64,000 nucleotides of DNA from Candidatus Niyogibacteria bacterium (GCA_016181935.1 JACOYI010000005.1:595-64594), one strand, 5' to 3'. Shown: positions 9,035 to 18,024, counted from the first letter of the stretch. Numbers and translations are program-made. The notes: generated by a model not told the origin, from the letters alone.

Positions 9035-9787
9035 ATGTCTGATGTATCAACCATGGAACCCGCAATTCCTTCCGAACCGTCGGCGGCGAGCGCGAGCGAG
9101 ACGGCGGATCCGGAACTCGAAGCGATGTTTTACGCCAAGGTTCATATCGGCTACTCACGGACACGGAGGCACCCGAAAATGAAGCCGTATATTTTCGGGT
9201 TGCGTAATACCGTGGAGATATTCGATTTGGAGCGCGTTCGCGATAAGATCCGCGAAGCCGAAGCGCTCGCGAAGGCATGGGGCGAGAAGCGCGCGGTTGT
9301 GCTTTGGGTCGCCACCAAACCGGCCCTTCGCACGATCATTGAAAAGGCCGCAGGAGATCTTGGTATGCCCTATGTCACGGGCCGGTGGGCCGGCGGATTG
9401 CTTACGAATTTTTCCGAGATCCGCAAACGGCTCGACTATTTCGAGGACCTGAAAGCGAAGCGGGCATCCGGCGAGCTTGCGCGGTATACCAAAAAAGAAC
9501 AACTGGTATTCGCGGATGAACTCATGCGGCTTGAGCAAAAATTCGGCGGTATTGTATCATTAAAGAAACTCCCCGACGCGGTCATCATTGTCGATCCGGA
9601 AGAAGAGATCACGGCCTCCCGAGAAGCGCGGAGTACAGGCGTCCTTTCGGTCGGGATCGCCAATGTGGACTCCAATCCGGAATTAGTAAATCATGTGATC
9701 CCGGCGAACGACAGCGCGGCATCGAGCGTGAGATATATCATCGAGCGCTTGGCCGCGGCTTACCAAGCCGGGACAGGAACGGAATAA
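9035..9787 (+). CDS. rpsB: 30S ribosomal protein S2
   Basis: MSDVS... start sits right after the promoter. Conserved S2 core (VHIGYSRTRRHPKMKPYIFG, VLWVATKP, IVDPEEE). Confidence 0.9.
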   Translation: MSDVSTMEPAIPSEPSAASASETADPELEAMFYAKVHIGYSRTRRHPKMKPYIFGLRNTVEIFDLERVRDKIREAEALAKAWGEKRAVVLWVATKPALRTIIEKAAGDLGMPYVTGRWAGGLLTNFSEIRKRLDYFEDLKAKRASGELARYTKKEQLVFADELMRLEQKFGGIVSLKKLPDAVIIVDPEEEITASREARSTGVLSVGIANVDSNPELVNHVIPANDSAASSVRYIIERLAAAYQAGTGTE

Positions 9788-9794
9788 ATCATCT

Positions 9795-10244
9795 ATGGCG
9801 GATTTTGATATGATTCGTGAGCTCCGGGCTCGGTGCGGCGCATCGATATCGCATTGCAAGAAGGCGCTTGAAGAAACCGGGGGCGATCGGGAAAAGGCGC
9901 TTGAAGTTTTGCGTAAAGAAGGAGCGGATATTGCCGCAAAAAAAGCATCCCGCGCGACGCATGCGGGCGTTGTTGACGCGTATGTGCATGCGGACCGGCG
10001 ATTGGCCGCTCTCGTAAAAGTAAAATGCGAAACGGATTTTGTCGCGCGCAACGACGAATTCCGCGCGTTCGCGCATGACCTTGCGATGCAGGCGGCGGCG
10101 ATGGGGGCGCGAACGTCTGAAGAATTGTTGGAACAGCCGTTCATTAAAGACCCCAAAAAAACCGTACGCGACCTTGTAAAAGAGATCATCGCAAAATTCG
10201 GCGAGAACGTGGAGGTTATTTCCGTGTCGCGCCTTGAGATTTAA
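9795..10244 (+). CDS. tsf: Elongation factor Ts (short form, 149 aa)
   Basis: Directly downstream of rpsB. N-terminal UBA-like ELRARCGASISHCKKALEETGGD and TDFVARN motif. Confidence 0.85.
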   Translation: MADFDMIRELRARCGASISHCKKALEETGGDREKALEVLRKEGADIAAKKASRATHAGVVDAYVHADRRLAALVKVKCETDFVARNDEFRAFAHDLAMQAAAMGARTSEELLEQPFIKDPKKTVRDLVKEIIAKFGENVEVISVSRLEI

Positions 10245-10681
10245 TGTTTATGGAGACGCTCTCTATGTATCTGGCGATCATGGGCGGGGGCATTTTGCTG
10301 GCCGCCGTTCTTGTGGGGCGCTATGTCCCGAGCGTCAAATCGTTATCGGTGCCGGATCAGCGAAAATGGCTGGATCGCCTGCCGCCGTTCCTCGAATTCG
10401 CCGCCGATTTTTGGCAGAACCGGATGCAGCCGCCATTCACGCGGTTTTGGATCCGATACATTCACCCGATCTTTTTGGGGGAAGGAGAAAAGTGGTCGCG
10501 CCGGTCCCGCATCGTGGCGCTCCGGATCGAGCGGATGTTTCACCGGTTGTCGGATTATTTTCGCGGCAAGCGCATCGCGATGCAAGGGAATGGCAGTTCG
10601 GTGGAGGCGGCACAGGGGAAGAATTCCCAGTTTTGGAGCGAGATCCAGCGGCTGAAATCATCGGATGAGAAAAAGAAATAG
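10244..10681 (+). CDS. Hypothetical membrane-anchored protein
   Basis: 145 aa. N-terminal TM (LSMYLAIMGGGILLAAVLVG). Start overlaps the tsf stop (TAATG). Confidence 0.5.
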   Translation: MFMETLSMYLAIMGGGILLAAVLVGRYVPSVKSLSVPDQRKWLDRLPPFLEFAADFWQNRMQPPFTRFWIRYIHPIFLGEGEKWSRRSRIVALRIERMFHRLSDYFRGKRIAMQGNGSSVEAAQGKNSQFWSEIQRLKSSDEKKK

Positions 10682-10686
10682 GAATT

Positions 10687-10882
10687 GCCGCCTTAGCTCA
10701 ATTGGCAGAGCAACACTTTTGCCCGCCCGCCTAAGACGCGCCGTCCTAGCTCAATTGGCAGAGCAACAGTTTTGTAAACTGTAGGTTCCGGGTTCGACCC
10801 CCGGGGACGGCTCAACAATCGGCGCTAAGGCGCGTCGGGCGCGGTAAAGTGAAGGTTCTCGGTTCGACTCCGAGAGGCGGCT
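10687..10882 (+). tRNA. Interrupted tRNA gene: 5' half about 10687-10722 and 3' half about 10843-10882, separated by an insert containing tRNA-Thr(UGU). Anticodon ambiguous (GGU-Thr or UGC-Ala depending on the junction)
   Basis: Acceptor GCCGCCT pairs 7/7 with AGGCGGC 190 nt away. D-arm, anticodon stem (ACACT/AGTGA) and T-arm (CTCGG-TTCGACT-CCGAG) are all present in the two halves. Confidence 0.5.
10740..10812 (+). tRNA. tRNA-Thr (anticodon UGU)
   Basis: Hand-folded cloverleaf: acceptor GCCGTCC/GGACGGC, D-stem GCTC/GAGC, anticodon stem ACAGT/ACTGT, loop TTTGTAA, T-arm CCGGG-TTCGACC-CCCGG. Confidence 0.85.
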
Positions 10883-10894
10883 CTCAAAAAGAAA

Positions 10895-10935
10895 ACCCGA
10901 GCAGTTATGCTCGGGCATTTTGTTCGGCGGTTTTT
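10895..10935 (+). terminator. Rho-independent terminator (CCCGAGCAGTTATGCTCGGG + T-rich)
   Basis: 8-bp stem followed by CATTTTGTTCGGCGGTTTTTTCG. Confidence 0.6.
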
Positions 10936-11043
10936 TCGTATCGCCTATACGCTTTGGAAATCAAGGCGTTCAAGGACACGAGGATGATATCCAGTGACAA
11001 GAGAATGATATGGTCTGCAAAATTTTAAGCGATTCGTGATAAA

Positions 11044-12279
11044 ATGAAGATAATGAAAAAGAAGCGCGTGGTCATCATCGGCGGGGGGTTTGCGGGCGTG
11101 CAGTGCGCGCTGGACCTCGCACGTCACCCCGTTGATCTCGATGTCATTCTCATCGACCGCGACGGATATCATACGTATCACGCCGATTTTTATAAACTCA
11201 TTACATCGGGCCATGGGCCGCTGCATATCCCGCGCGAGAAGTTCCGGCTCGCGTTCTCGACGGTCGCGCTCGAACTCGCCGAAATTTTTGAAGGAAAACC
11301 GAACGTGGAATTGGTGCGGGGGGATGTCGTCGCCGTTCATCCGAGCGCGAATGCGGTGGAATTGGCGGACGGAGAGCGCATCGCATACGATATTTTGGTC
11401 GTGGCCACGGGTTCGGTCACGAATTTTTCGGTTCCCGGACTCCGGACGCGTGCGTTCGAATTGAAATCGCCGGAAGATGCGCTCACTATCCGCAATGCCA
11501 TTGATGAGGTTTTTGCGCGCAAAGCGAAGCACGAAAAAATTTCCATCGTCATCGGCGGCGGCGGATTCTCGGGATGCGAGGCGGCAGGGGAGATCGCGGT
11601 GTGGTTGCCGAAACTCGCGCGTGAACACGGGCAGCCAGCCGGGAACGCCGAGGTGACCATTGTTGAGGGTGCGCCCCAGCTTTTAATGTCGGCGCCCGCG
11701 TGGTTTCGCAAAAAAACCGAGGCGCGGCTTCTGGCGCTCGGCGTGCGGATCATTTTTTCAAATTTTGTTGTCGGCGTCCGCGACGATGCTATTGATTTAA
11801 AAAGCGGGAACGCGGTCTTGTTCGATATTTTGATCTGGACCGCCGGGGTCAGGGCGCATCTCTTGGCCGAGAAAATCACCGGCGCCGCGCTTGCAAAAGG
11901 GAGTTGCATCGTGGTGGACCCGTATTTACGCGTCGGCAATTTCAAGAATATCTTCGCGGTCGGCGATATTGCGTTTTGCAAAGGATTCGGCGATAAACCC
12001 CTGCCGATGCTTGCACAAACGGCGATCTCGCAAGGGCGCTACGCGGCGTACGCGATCCATCGGTTATTTCACGACCGCAAGACATTTCCGTATCATCCGT
12101 ATCGTCCCCAGTTCATTATTCCGCTTGGCGGGCGGTACGCGCTCGCTTATGCAAGGGGGTTTTCATTGGAAGGATGGCTGCCGTGGGTTTTGAAGCGCGC
12201 GGTCGCGCTCAGGTATTTCATGAGTATTTTGCCGTTCGGGAAAGCGCTCCGCGTGTGGTTGCGCGGGGTGCGGATATAA
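11044..12279 (+). CDS. ndh: Type II NADH dehydrogenase (NDH-2) / FAD-dependent pyridine nucleotide-disulfide oxidoreductase
   Basis: 411 aa. Two Rossmann GxGxxG motifs (VVIIGGGFAG; IVIGGGGFSG) and a C-terminal membrane-association helix. Confidence 0.85.
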   Translation: MKIMKKKRVVIIGGGFAGVQCALDLARHPVDLDVILIDRDGYHTYHADFYKLITSGHGPLHIPREKFRLAFSTVALELAEIFEGKPNVELVRGDVVAVHPSANAVELADGERIAYDILVVATGSVTNFSVPGLRTRAFELKSPEDALTIRNAIDEVFARKAKHEKISIVIGGGGFSGCEAAGEIAVWLPKLAREHGQPAGNAEVTIVEGAPQLLMSAPAWFRKKTEARLLALGVRIIFSNFVVGVRDDAIDLKSGNAVLFDILIWTAGVRAHLLAEKITGAALAKGSCIVVDPYLRVGNFKNIFAVGDIAFCKGFGDKPLPMLAQTAISQGRYAAYAIHRLFHDRKTFPYHPYRPQFIIPLGGRYALAYARGFSLEGWLPWVLKRAVALRYFMSILPFGKALRVWLRGVRI

Positions 12280-12303
12280 AGAAAAAAGCCGCTCAAATGC
12301 GGC

Positions 12304-12840
12304 TTATGTGATGATTTCATGGGCAAGGCCGACTCTGACGGCCTCGTCGGCTGTGAAAATATAACATTCACGAGACCATCGGCGGACATCCTCCAGGGAA
12401 TGACGGCCTTCGGTTGCTTTCGAAACAATTACTTCATATCGCGCATCCTCCAGTTTGATCAGCATAAGATCTGCCTCCGCTTCGCGTCTCGAAAGATCGG
12501 ATCTCGTTTCACCGATGAAGTTGCCTTCGTGGAAATAAAAGAGGGTGTTCGGTGTGATCAGACGACGATTTCCGGCAAGAAAAATAACGATACCCATGGA
12601 TTTGATCTCTCCAAGCCCGATCGTGATGAGTTCAATGCGCGAAACAAAACGGATGTAATCGTAAAACGCAAAGCCGCTTCCCATATCGCCGCCGGAACTT
12701 GAAAGAATAAGCTGCGCCGGAACCTTTTTTTTTCCGCGCGGCGTCTCGAACGATTTGAATTGCTCGATCGCGCGTGCCGTATTTTCTTCATTAACATCAC
12801 CGATCCAACAAAATGCTCGGTCATCGCGAAACGGGATCAT
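12304..12840 (-). CDS. ClpP-family (S14) serine peptidase-like protein
   Basis: Start at the ATG preceded by GAGAGG. SSGGDMGSGFAFYD..IGLGEIKSMG resembles the ClpP core with active-site Ser context. Divergent. Confidence 0.65.
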   Translation of the reverse strand: MIPFRDDRAFCWIGDVNEENTARAIEQFKSFETPRGKKKVPAQLILSSSGGDMGSGFAFYDYIRFVSRIELITIGLGEIKSMGIVIFLAGNRRLITPNTLFYFHEGNFIGETRSDLSRREAEADLMLIKLEDARYEVIVSKATEGRHSLEDVRRWSRECYIFTADEAVRVGLAHEIIT

Positions 12841-12898
12841 AGTGCCTCTCAAGGAACGTTTTCTTTCATTATAGAACATTTATTGCTAGCGTGGGCGC

Positions 12899-13567
12899 AT
12901 GTTGGAAATTCGTGATTTGACCGTAAAAGCGAATGAGCGTCAAATTTTGCATACGGTCTCTTTGACGATCGCCAAAAGCGAGATTCACGCAATGAAAGGA
13001 TCCAACGGCTCCGGCAAGACGAGCTTGGCGCTTTCGATCGCCGGGCATCCGGATTATGCGGTCATGTCGGGTGATATCCGATGGAATGGCGGGAGCATTC
13101 TGGATAAAAAGCCACATGAACGAGCGCGTCTTGGGATTCATTGGATCGGGCAAAGCGTGCCGGCATTCGACGGGGTGGGGCTTTTGAGTGTGGCGCGCGG
13201 CGCGTGTAGCGCGAGAGGAAAGGCGCCCGATGTTTTTCATTTACGTTCCGAATTGGTCGCGGCGCTCAAACGGATGGGGCTTGGCGAGGATTTTTTGCTT
13301 CGGGCCCTGCACGGCGATTCATCGGGCGGGGAGAAGAAAAAAGTCGAGCTGGCATTGGCCGCGGTTTTGAAGCCGGAATGTCTGATACTGGATGAAGTAG
13401 ATGCGGGGCTTGATGCGACGGGAATCGAAGCCGCCGCTGGCGTTATCGCCGAACTCGCAGGAAACGCGGCGGTTCTGGTCATTTCCCATTCAGACGCATT
13501 CATTGAGCGGCTGGGCGCGAGTCGCTGTTATCGGATGGAATCGGGGAAACTTATTCATGAACACTGA
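12899..13567 (+). CDS. sufC: Fe-S cluster assembly ATPase SufC
   Basis: 222 aa ABC ATPase. Walker A GSNGSGKT, signature FSGGEKKK, Walker B LILDEVD. Adjacent to sufB. Confidence 0.85.
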   Translation: MLEIRDLTVKANERQILHTVSLTIAKSEIHAMKGSNGSGKTSLALSIAGHPDYAVMSGDIRWNGGSILDKKPHERARLGIHWIGQSVPAFDGVGLLSVARGACSARGKAPDVFHLRSELVAALKRMGLGEDFLLRALHGDSSGGEKKKVELALAAVLKPECLILDEVDAGLDATGIEAAAGVIAELAGNAAVLVISHSDAFIERLGASRCYRMESGKLIHEH

Positions 13568-14900
13568 CGAAATACGTATTCCAAGGGGGCTTACACGTTC
13601 GACCGTGGAGGCGATCTCACGGGAAAAAAGCGAATCCGCATGGATGCGTGATTTCCGTCTCCGCGCATTCGATATTTTTGAATCCAAGGCGATGCCGGCG
13701 TGGGGCGCGGATCTGTCGGATATCCGGTTCGATGATTTTTGGTATTTTATCCGTGCATCCGGACAGAGTCGCGATTGGAACGATGTGCCGGCGGAGATCC
13801 ATTCCACCTTCGAGCGGCTCGGCATTCCGCAGGCCGAGCGCGCATTTCTGGCCGGCGTGTCGGCGCAGTATGAATCCGAGGTTGTGTATCACAACTTAAA
13901 AGACGAATGGGTCAGGAAAGGAATTATTTTTTGCGACACCGATACCGCGCTTCGCGAACATCCGGAATTGGTGCGCGAGTATTTCGGAACGGTCGTTCCG
14001 GCGGCAGACAATAAATTTTCTGCGCTCAATTCCGCCGTATGGTCGGGCGGCAGTTTCGTATACGTACCCAAAGGCGTTAAAGCCGAAATTCCGTTGCAGG
14101 CGTATTTCCGGATACAGGCGCGCAGTATGGGGCAATTCGAGCGTACGCTCATCATCGCGGATGAGGGCGCGGAAGTGAGTTATATCGAAGGATGCACCGC
14201 GCCGCGCTATTCGGAAGCAGCGCTGCATTCGGCGGTCGTGGAGATCATCGCCAAGCCCCATTCGCGCGTCCGGTATACGACGGTCCAGAATTGGTCGAAA
14301 AATGTGTACAATTTGGTGACAAAGCGCGCATTTGCGGAGGAAGGGGCGGTGGTTGAATGGATCGACGGCAATTTGGGATCGAAAGCAACGATGAAATATC
14401 CCTCCGTATTTTTGCGTGGTAGAGGTGCGCGGGCGGACATTCTGTCGATCGCATACGCGGGCGCGGGCCAGCATCAGGATGCGGGCGGCAAGGTATTTCA
14501 TTTGGCGGCGGACACCCGTAGCCGTATCATTTCAAAATCGGTTTCTTCCGCCGGGGGTCGCGCGAGCTACCGCGGAATGGTGAAGATCATCGCCGGCGCC
14601 GAAAATGCGCGCTCGAAAGTTTTGTGCGATGCGCTGATGCTGGATGCCGATTCCCGTTCGGATACGTATCCCGTGATCCGCGTTAAAGAGCCGACAGCGA
14701 CCGTGGAGCACGAGGCGTCCGTATCGCGCGTGTCGGAGGAACAGATGCAGTATCTGGAAAGCCGCGGGCTTCGCGAGGCGGATGCGATAGGACTTCTGGT
14801 TTCCGGATTTTTTGATCCGCTTACGCGCGAATTGCCGCTTGAATATGCGGCGGAATTCAACGAGTTGATGCGGCTCGAAATGGAAAAAAGCGTCGGATGA
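13557..14900 (+). CDS. sufB: Fe-S cluster assembly protein SufB
   Basis: Start ATG 13557 (MNTDEIRIPRGL) overlaps the sufC end by 11 nt. Conserved SufB core (VYVPKGV, YIEGCTAP, QNWS...). Confidence 0.85.
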   Translation: MNTDEIRIPRGLTRSTVEAISREKSESAWMRDFRLRAFDIFESKAMPAWGADLSDIRFDDFWYFIRASGQSRDWNDVPAEIHSTFERLGIPQAERAFLAGVSAQYESEVVYHNLKDEWVRKGIIFCDTDTALREHPELVREYFGTVVPAADNKFSALNSAVWSGGSFVYVPKGVKAEIPLQAYFRIQARSMGQFERTLIIADEGAEVSYIEGCTAPRYSEAALHSAVVEIIAKPHSRVRYTTVQNWSKNVYNLVTKRAFAEEGAVVEWIDGNLGSKATMKYPSVFLRGRGARADILSIAYAGAGQHQDAGGKVFHLAADTRSRIISKSVSSAGGRASYRGMVKIIAGAENARSKVLCDALMLDADSRSDTYPVIRVKEPTATVEHEASVSRVSEEQMQYLESRGLREADAIGLLVSGFFDPLTRELPLEYAAEFNELMRLEMEKSVG

Positions 14901-14901
14901 T

Positions 14902-15486
14902 ATGGAAACGCTCATTGTAAAAGGAGCGGAAAATCATGTCTTCACGCTCGCGGCTGGTGAGGAGCGTTCTATCGTATGCGTGGCGGCGGAATCCGCTGAT
15001 ATTGATATCCGCGCGACACTTGCGTCGGGCGCGCGATTAAAGCTCATTTTCTTATTCGCGGGAAATAAGGATGATGCGGTCAGGGCGCGGCTCGCGGTGC
15101 GCCATGAGGGCGCGGATTCCGTGTCAGAGGTCATTGCGCGCGGCGTGCTCTATAATAGAAGCAGCGCGGCTGTGGATGGCAGTATTTATGTCTCGCCGGG
15201 AGCGCGGGGAGCATCCGCGCGATTCGAAGGGAAGGCGCTGCTCGAGGGGTCGGGTTCGGCGGAAATTCTGCCGACACTTGAAATCAAAGCATCCGATGCG
15301 CGCCAAGTCCGTCATGCGGCGGCAGTATCGCGGCTCACGCCGGAGGAGCGGATGTATCTCGAAAGCCGCGGGCTGGATGCGGAGGGATCCGTACGCTTGG
15401 CCGCGGAGGGATTTTTGAAGGCGCCGTTTTCCTGCGCGATCGAGATTCCGAAGGAGTTTGATTATTTACTTAAAAAAAATCGCTAA
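14902..15486 (+). CDS. sufD: SufD-like protein (short, C-terminal SufBD domain only)
   Basis: 194 aa. Shares the EERMYLESRGLD tail motif with SufB. Immediately after sufB. Confidence 0.7.
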   Translation: METLIVKGAENHVFTLAAGEERSIVCVAAESADIDIRATLASGARLKLIFLFAGNKDDAVRARLAVRHEGADSVSEVIARGVLYNRSSAAVDGSIYVSPGARGASARFEGKALLEGSGSAEILPTLEIKASDARQVRHAAAVSRLTPEERMYLESRGLDAEGSVRLAAEGFLKAPFSCAIEIPKEFDYLLKKNR

Positions 15487-15492
15487 GCAGGC

Positions 15493-15735
15493 TTAGCGAT
15501 GATACAGGTACTTGAACAATGGCTGCAAAAAGAGAAGCCAAATACCGACACTAATGGTGCTGATTCCGATTAGCGCTATGAGGAATAACAAAGCAAGAAT
15601 GCCTGTTTCTCCAGAACGAACTCCGAATCCAAAGATCGGCTGCGTTACTATGCTCAACCATTTGACGGGAAGGAAGATTATCGAAAGATCAAGAAGAAGT
15701 GCTATGAAAATGAATCGAGCTATATTAATGTTCAT
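15493..15735 (-). CDS. Small hydrophobic membrane protein (80 aa), unknown
   Basis: Two strongly hydrophobic helices. AT-richer than neighbours. Confidence 0.4.
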   Translation of the reverse strand: MNINIARFIFIALLLDLSIIFLPVKWLSIVTQPIFGFGVRSGETGILALLFLIALIGISTISVGIWLLFLQPLFKYLYHR

Positions 15736-15801
15736 AGAAGTCGCTCCTCAAAAAGACCTTCTATGGTTTAGATAGCATATTGAGGTTATTGCGTCAAGTT
15801 T

Positions 15802-17043
15802 ATGCGACATAACACTAAAAATACTCGTAGCGATTTCCCGATCTTAAAAATGCGCCAGTCCGCCGGTGGGCGGAGCACGCCGTTCATTTATTTCGACAAT
15901 GCGGCGACCACGCAAAAACCGCGCCAGATCGTCGAGAAATTGACCGAGCACTATGCGACCTCGCATGCCAACGTGCATCGCGGCGTGTATCGCGTGGCCG
16001 AGGAGGCGACGCGGCGGTTCGAAGAAGCGCGTGAAAAAGTTGCGCGGTTCATCGGCGCGCGAGCAAGCCGCGAAATTATTTTCACGCGCAATGCCACCGA
16101 AGCCATCAATTTAGTGGCAAGTGTAATGGCGCCGCGCATCAAAAAAAGCGATAGGATTTTAACGCTCCTATCAGAACATCATTCGAATTTCGTGCCGTGG
16201 ATGCGGCTCGCAGAAAAACAAGGCGCGCATTTTGATGTCATTGGTTTGACGCCCGAGCGGCGACTCGATTTTGCGGATTTTGAAAAGAAGCTGACACCGC
16301 GGACGAAAATCGTGGCGGTCGCGCATATTTCGAATGTATCGGGATATGTGTATCCGGTGGAGAAGATCATTCGGGCGGCGCATAAAGCCGGCGCATGGGT
16401 ATTGGTGGACGGCGCACAATCGGCGGGACATATGAGCGTGAATGTTGCCAAAATGAGATGCGACTTCTTTGCGCTCTCGGGACATAAAATGCTCGCGCCC
16501 TCGGGCATCGGCGCGCTTTACGGTCGGGAAGAATTATTGAATGAACTCGAACCGTTTTTATCGGGCGGCGAGATGATACGGGAAGTGACCACCGAATCGG
16601 CGAGCTGGAATGAGCTTCCGTGGAAATTCGAGGCGGGGACGCCGAATATCGAGGGCGCGATTTTGCTCGGCGAAGCCATCGACTATTTGCAAAAAGTCGG
16701 GATGAAAAACATCGCGGCGCACGAGGATGAATTATTGCGGCATGCGCTTGCCGCAATGAAAAAATTGAATTGCGTGGACCTGCTCGGGATGGAAAGTGCG
16801 AAAGACCGTGTCGGCGTGATTTCCTTCGCGCTTCGCGGCGTCCACCCGCATGACGTTGCAAGCATTCTCGACGAACACTACGGCATTGCGGTCCGTGCCG
16901 GCACGCATTGCGCCCAGCCCTTCATGCGGCATTTGGGCGTTCCCGCCACCACGCGCGCGAGCTTTTATTTTTACAATACGAAACCGGAGGTCGATGCATT
17001 CATCCGCGCGCTCGGAGAAATTTATGAGAAATTTTCTGTATGA
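15802..17043 (+). CDS. sufS: Cysteine desulfurase SufS (class V aminotransferase, group II)
   Basis: 413 aa. PLP-lysine context (ALSGHKMLAPSGIGALYG) and catalytic Cys loop (RAGTHCAQP). Confidence 0.85.
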   Translation: MRHNTKNTRSDFPILKMRQSAGGRSTPFIYFDNAATTQKPRQIVEKLTEHYATSHANVHRGVYRVAEEATRRFEEAREKVARFIGARASREIIFTRNATEAINLVASVMAPRIKKSDRILTLLSEHHSNFVPWMRLAEKQGAHFDVIGLTPERRLDFADFEKKLTPRTKIVAVAHISNVSGYVYPVEKIIRAAHKAGAWVLVDGAQSAGHMSVNVAKMRCDFFALSGHKMLAPSGIGALYGREELLNELEPFLSGGEMIREVTTESASWNELPWKFEAGTPNIEGAILLGEAIDYLQKVGMKNIAAHEDELLRHALAAMKKLNCVDLLGMESAKDRVGVISFALRGVHPHDVASILDEHYGIAVRAGTHCAQPFMRHLGVPATTRASFYFYNTKPEVDAFIRALGEIYEKFSV

Positions 17044-17076
17044 GAAAAAGCCGCTTGGTAGAACCAAACGGCGAGG

Positions 17077-17250
17077 TTAGCGCTTTTTGAATTTAGTCAT
17101 GATGTAGTAAAAAAGCAGGAACGAGAGCCATCCATCAATGTAACCCTCGAGAATAAAGATGAGGTTGCCACCCGAAAGGAGGCCTCCTATGATCGCGCCG
17201 GAAATAGCGGAAAAAAGAACAAGCAGCGATTTTTTCAGCTCGGTATCCAC
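17077..17250 (-). CDS. Possible 57-aa small membrane protein (GTG start)
   Basis: Hydrophobic frame VDTELKKSLLVLFSAISGAIIGGLLSGGNLIFILEGYIDGWLSFLLFYYIMTKFKKR, preceded by AAAAAGGAG. The listed ORF 17135..17347 is in another frame and looks non-coding. Confidence 0.25.
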   Translation of the reverse strand: MDTELKKSLLVLFSAISGAIIGGLLSGGNLIFILEGYIDGWLSFLLFYYIMTKFKKR

Positions 17251-17310
17251 GCATCTCCTTTTTAGTGAACGTTTGATGGCAGATTAGCACGCATTTAACA
17301 TTTGTCAAGC

Positions 17311-17682
17311 ATGGATATTTATCAGGAGCATATTCTGGATCACGCAAAATACCCGCGAAATGCGGGGGTGTTGGAAAGACCGACGCATCGCGGAAAGGCG
17401 CAGAATCCTTTGTGCGGCGATGAGGCCGAGATTTTTTTGGATGTAAAAAACGGGGCGCTCGCCGATATCAAATACGAAGTTCAGGGATGCATTTTGTCGA
17501 AAGCAGCGCTCTCTATTGTTTCCGAGCATGTAAAAGGGAAGAAAATTGCCGCTATTACAAAGCTCGGCGCGGGCGATGTTTTTAAGTTGTTAGGATTCAC
17601 GCCGACGCCATCGCGGACCAAGTGCGCGCTATTCGGATTCGAGGCGGTTCGTTCATTACTTGAAAAGAAAAAAGTCCGTTGA
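17311..17682 (+). CDS. sufU: SufU/IscU-like Fe-S scaffold / sulfur acceptor (NifU N-terminal domain family)
   Basis: ATG at 17311; the listed 17302 is a TTG. Conserved Cys ligands (NPLCGDE, VQGCILSKAA, RTKCALF). Confidence 0.8.
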   Translation: MDIYQEHILDHAKYPRNAGVLERPTHRGKAQNPLCGDEAEIFLDVKNGALADIKYEVQGCILSKAALSIVSEHVKGKKIAAITKLGAGDVFKLLGFTPTPSRTKCALFGFEAVRSLLEKKKVR

Positions 17683-17696
17683 GATTATCGCTGGAC

Positions 17697-17960
17697 TCAT
17701 GTTTTTCGATAGTAGAAAAATTGGGTGAGAAGGAGGAGAGAAAGAGCAGAGCCCGGCGTTTGGGAGATCATGAGAAAAATGTCCGGCTTTGTCCACCCGT
17801 AAAGTCCCCAAGATGTATAAGCGGAAAAAACGGTCAAGCTGAGCACAAACGAAACGCCCTCGCAGCTTTTTTTCTTGTAGATTTTATAGATTTGATGCGG
17901 CAGGCCGATCGTTGTCAATATGAGCGACATTATCATCGCAAGGATGCCGAATGTTGTCAT
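17697..17960 (-). CDS. SemiSWEET / PQ-loop family small sugar transporter
   Basis: 87 aa, 3 TM. PQ motif (GLPHQIYKIYKKKSCEGVS) at the expected position. Confidence 0.65.
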   Translation of the reverse strand: MTTFGILAMIMSLILTTIGLPHQIYKIYKKKSCEGVSFVLSLTVFSAYTSWGLYGWTKPDIFLMISQTPGSALSLLLLTQFFYYRKT

Positions 17961-18024
17961 GGCGATTTCTCCATATTATTCTTGAAGAGTACGGTTTAAG
18001 CTTAAATAGCATTTCCTAGTAAAA

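Noticed and set aside
8777-9787. Listed 336-aa ORF giving S2 an 86-aa N-terminal extension
   Set aside because: A TTGAAT-17-TAGAAT promoter lies inside the extension, and the extension is an Arg/Ala-rich GC-frame artefact. S2 homology begins at the ATG at 9035.
10687-10739. Calling the 5' fragment an independent tRNA gene
   Set aside because: The cloverleaf cannot be closed locally: no complementary anticodon 3' strand, T-arm or acceptor 3' strand occurs before the next tRNA begins.
10687-10882. tmRNA interpretation of the split tRNA-like locus
   Set aside because: The 5' part has a full D-arm and anticodon stem, which tmRNA lacks. The insert is only about 120 nt with no resume-codon/tag ORF or pseudoknot space, and it contains a bona fide tRNA-Thr.
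17135-17347. Listed 70-aa minus-strand ORF overlapping the sufU promoter region
   Set aside because: Composition is not protein-like and it would overlap the sufU start. A different frame encodes a plausible 57-aa membrane peptide, reported at low confidence.
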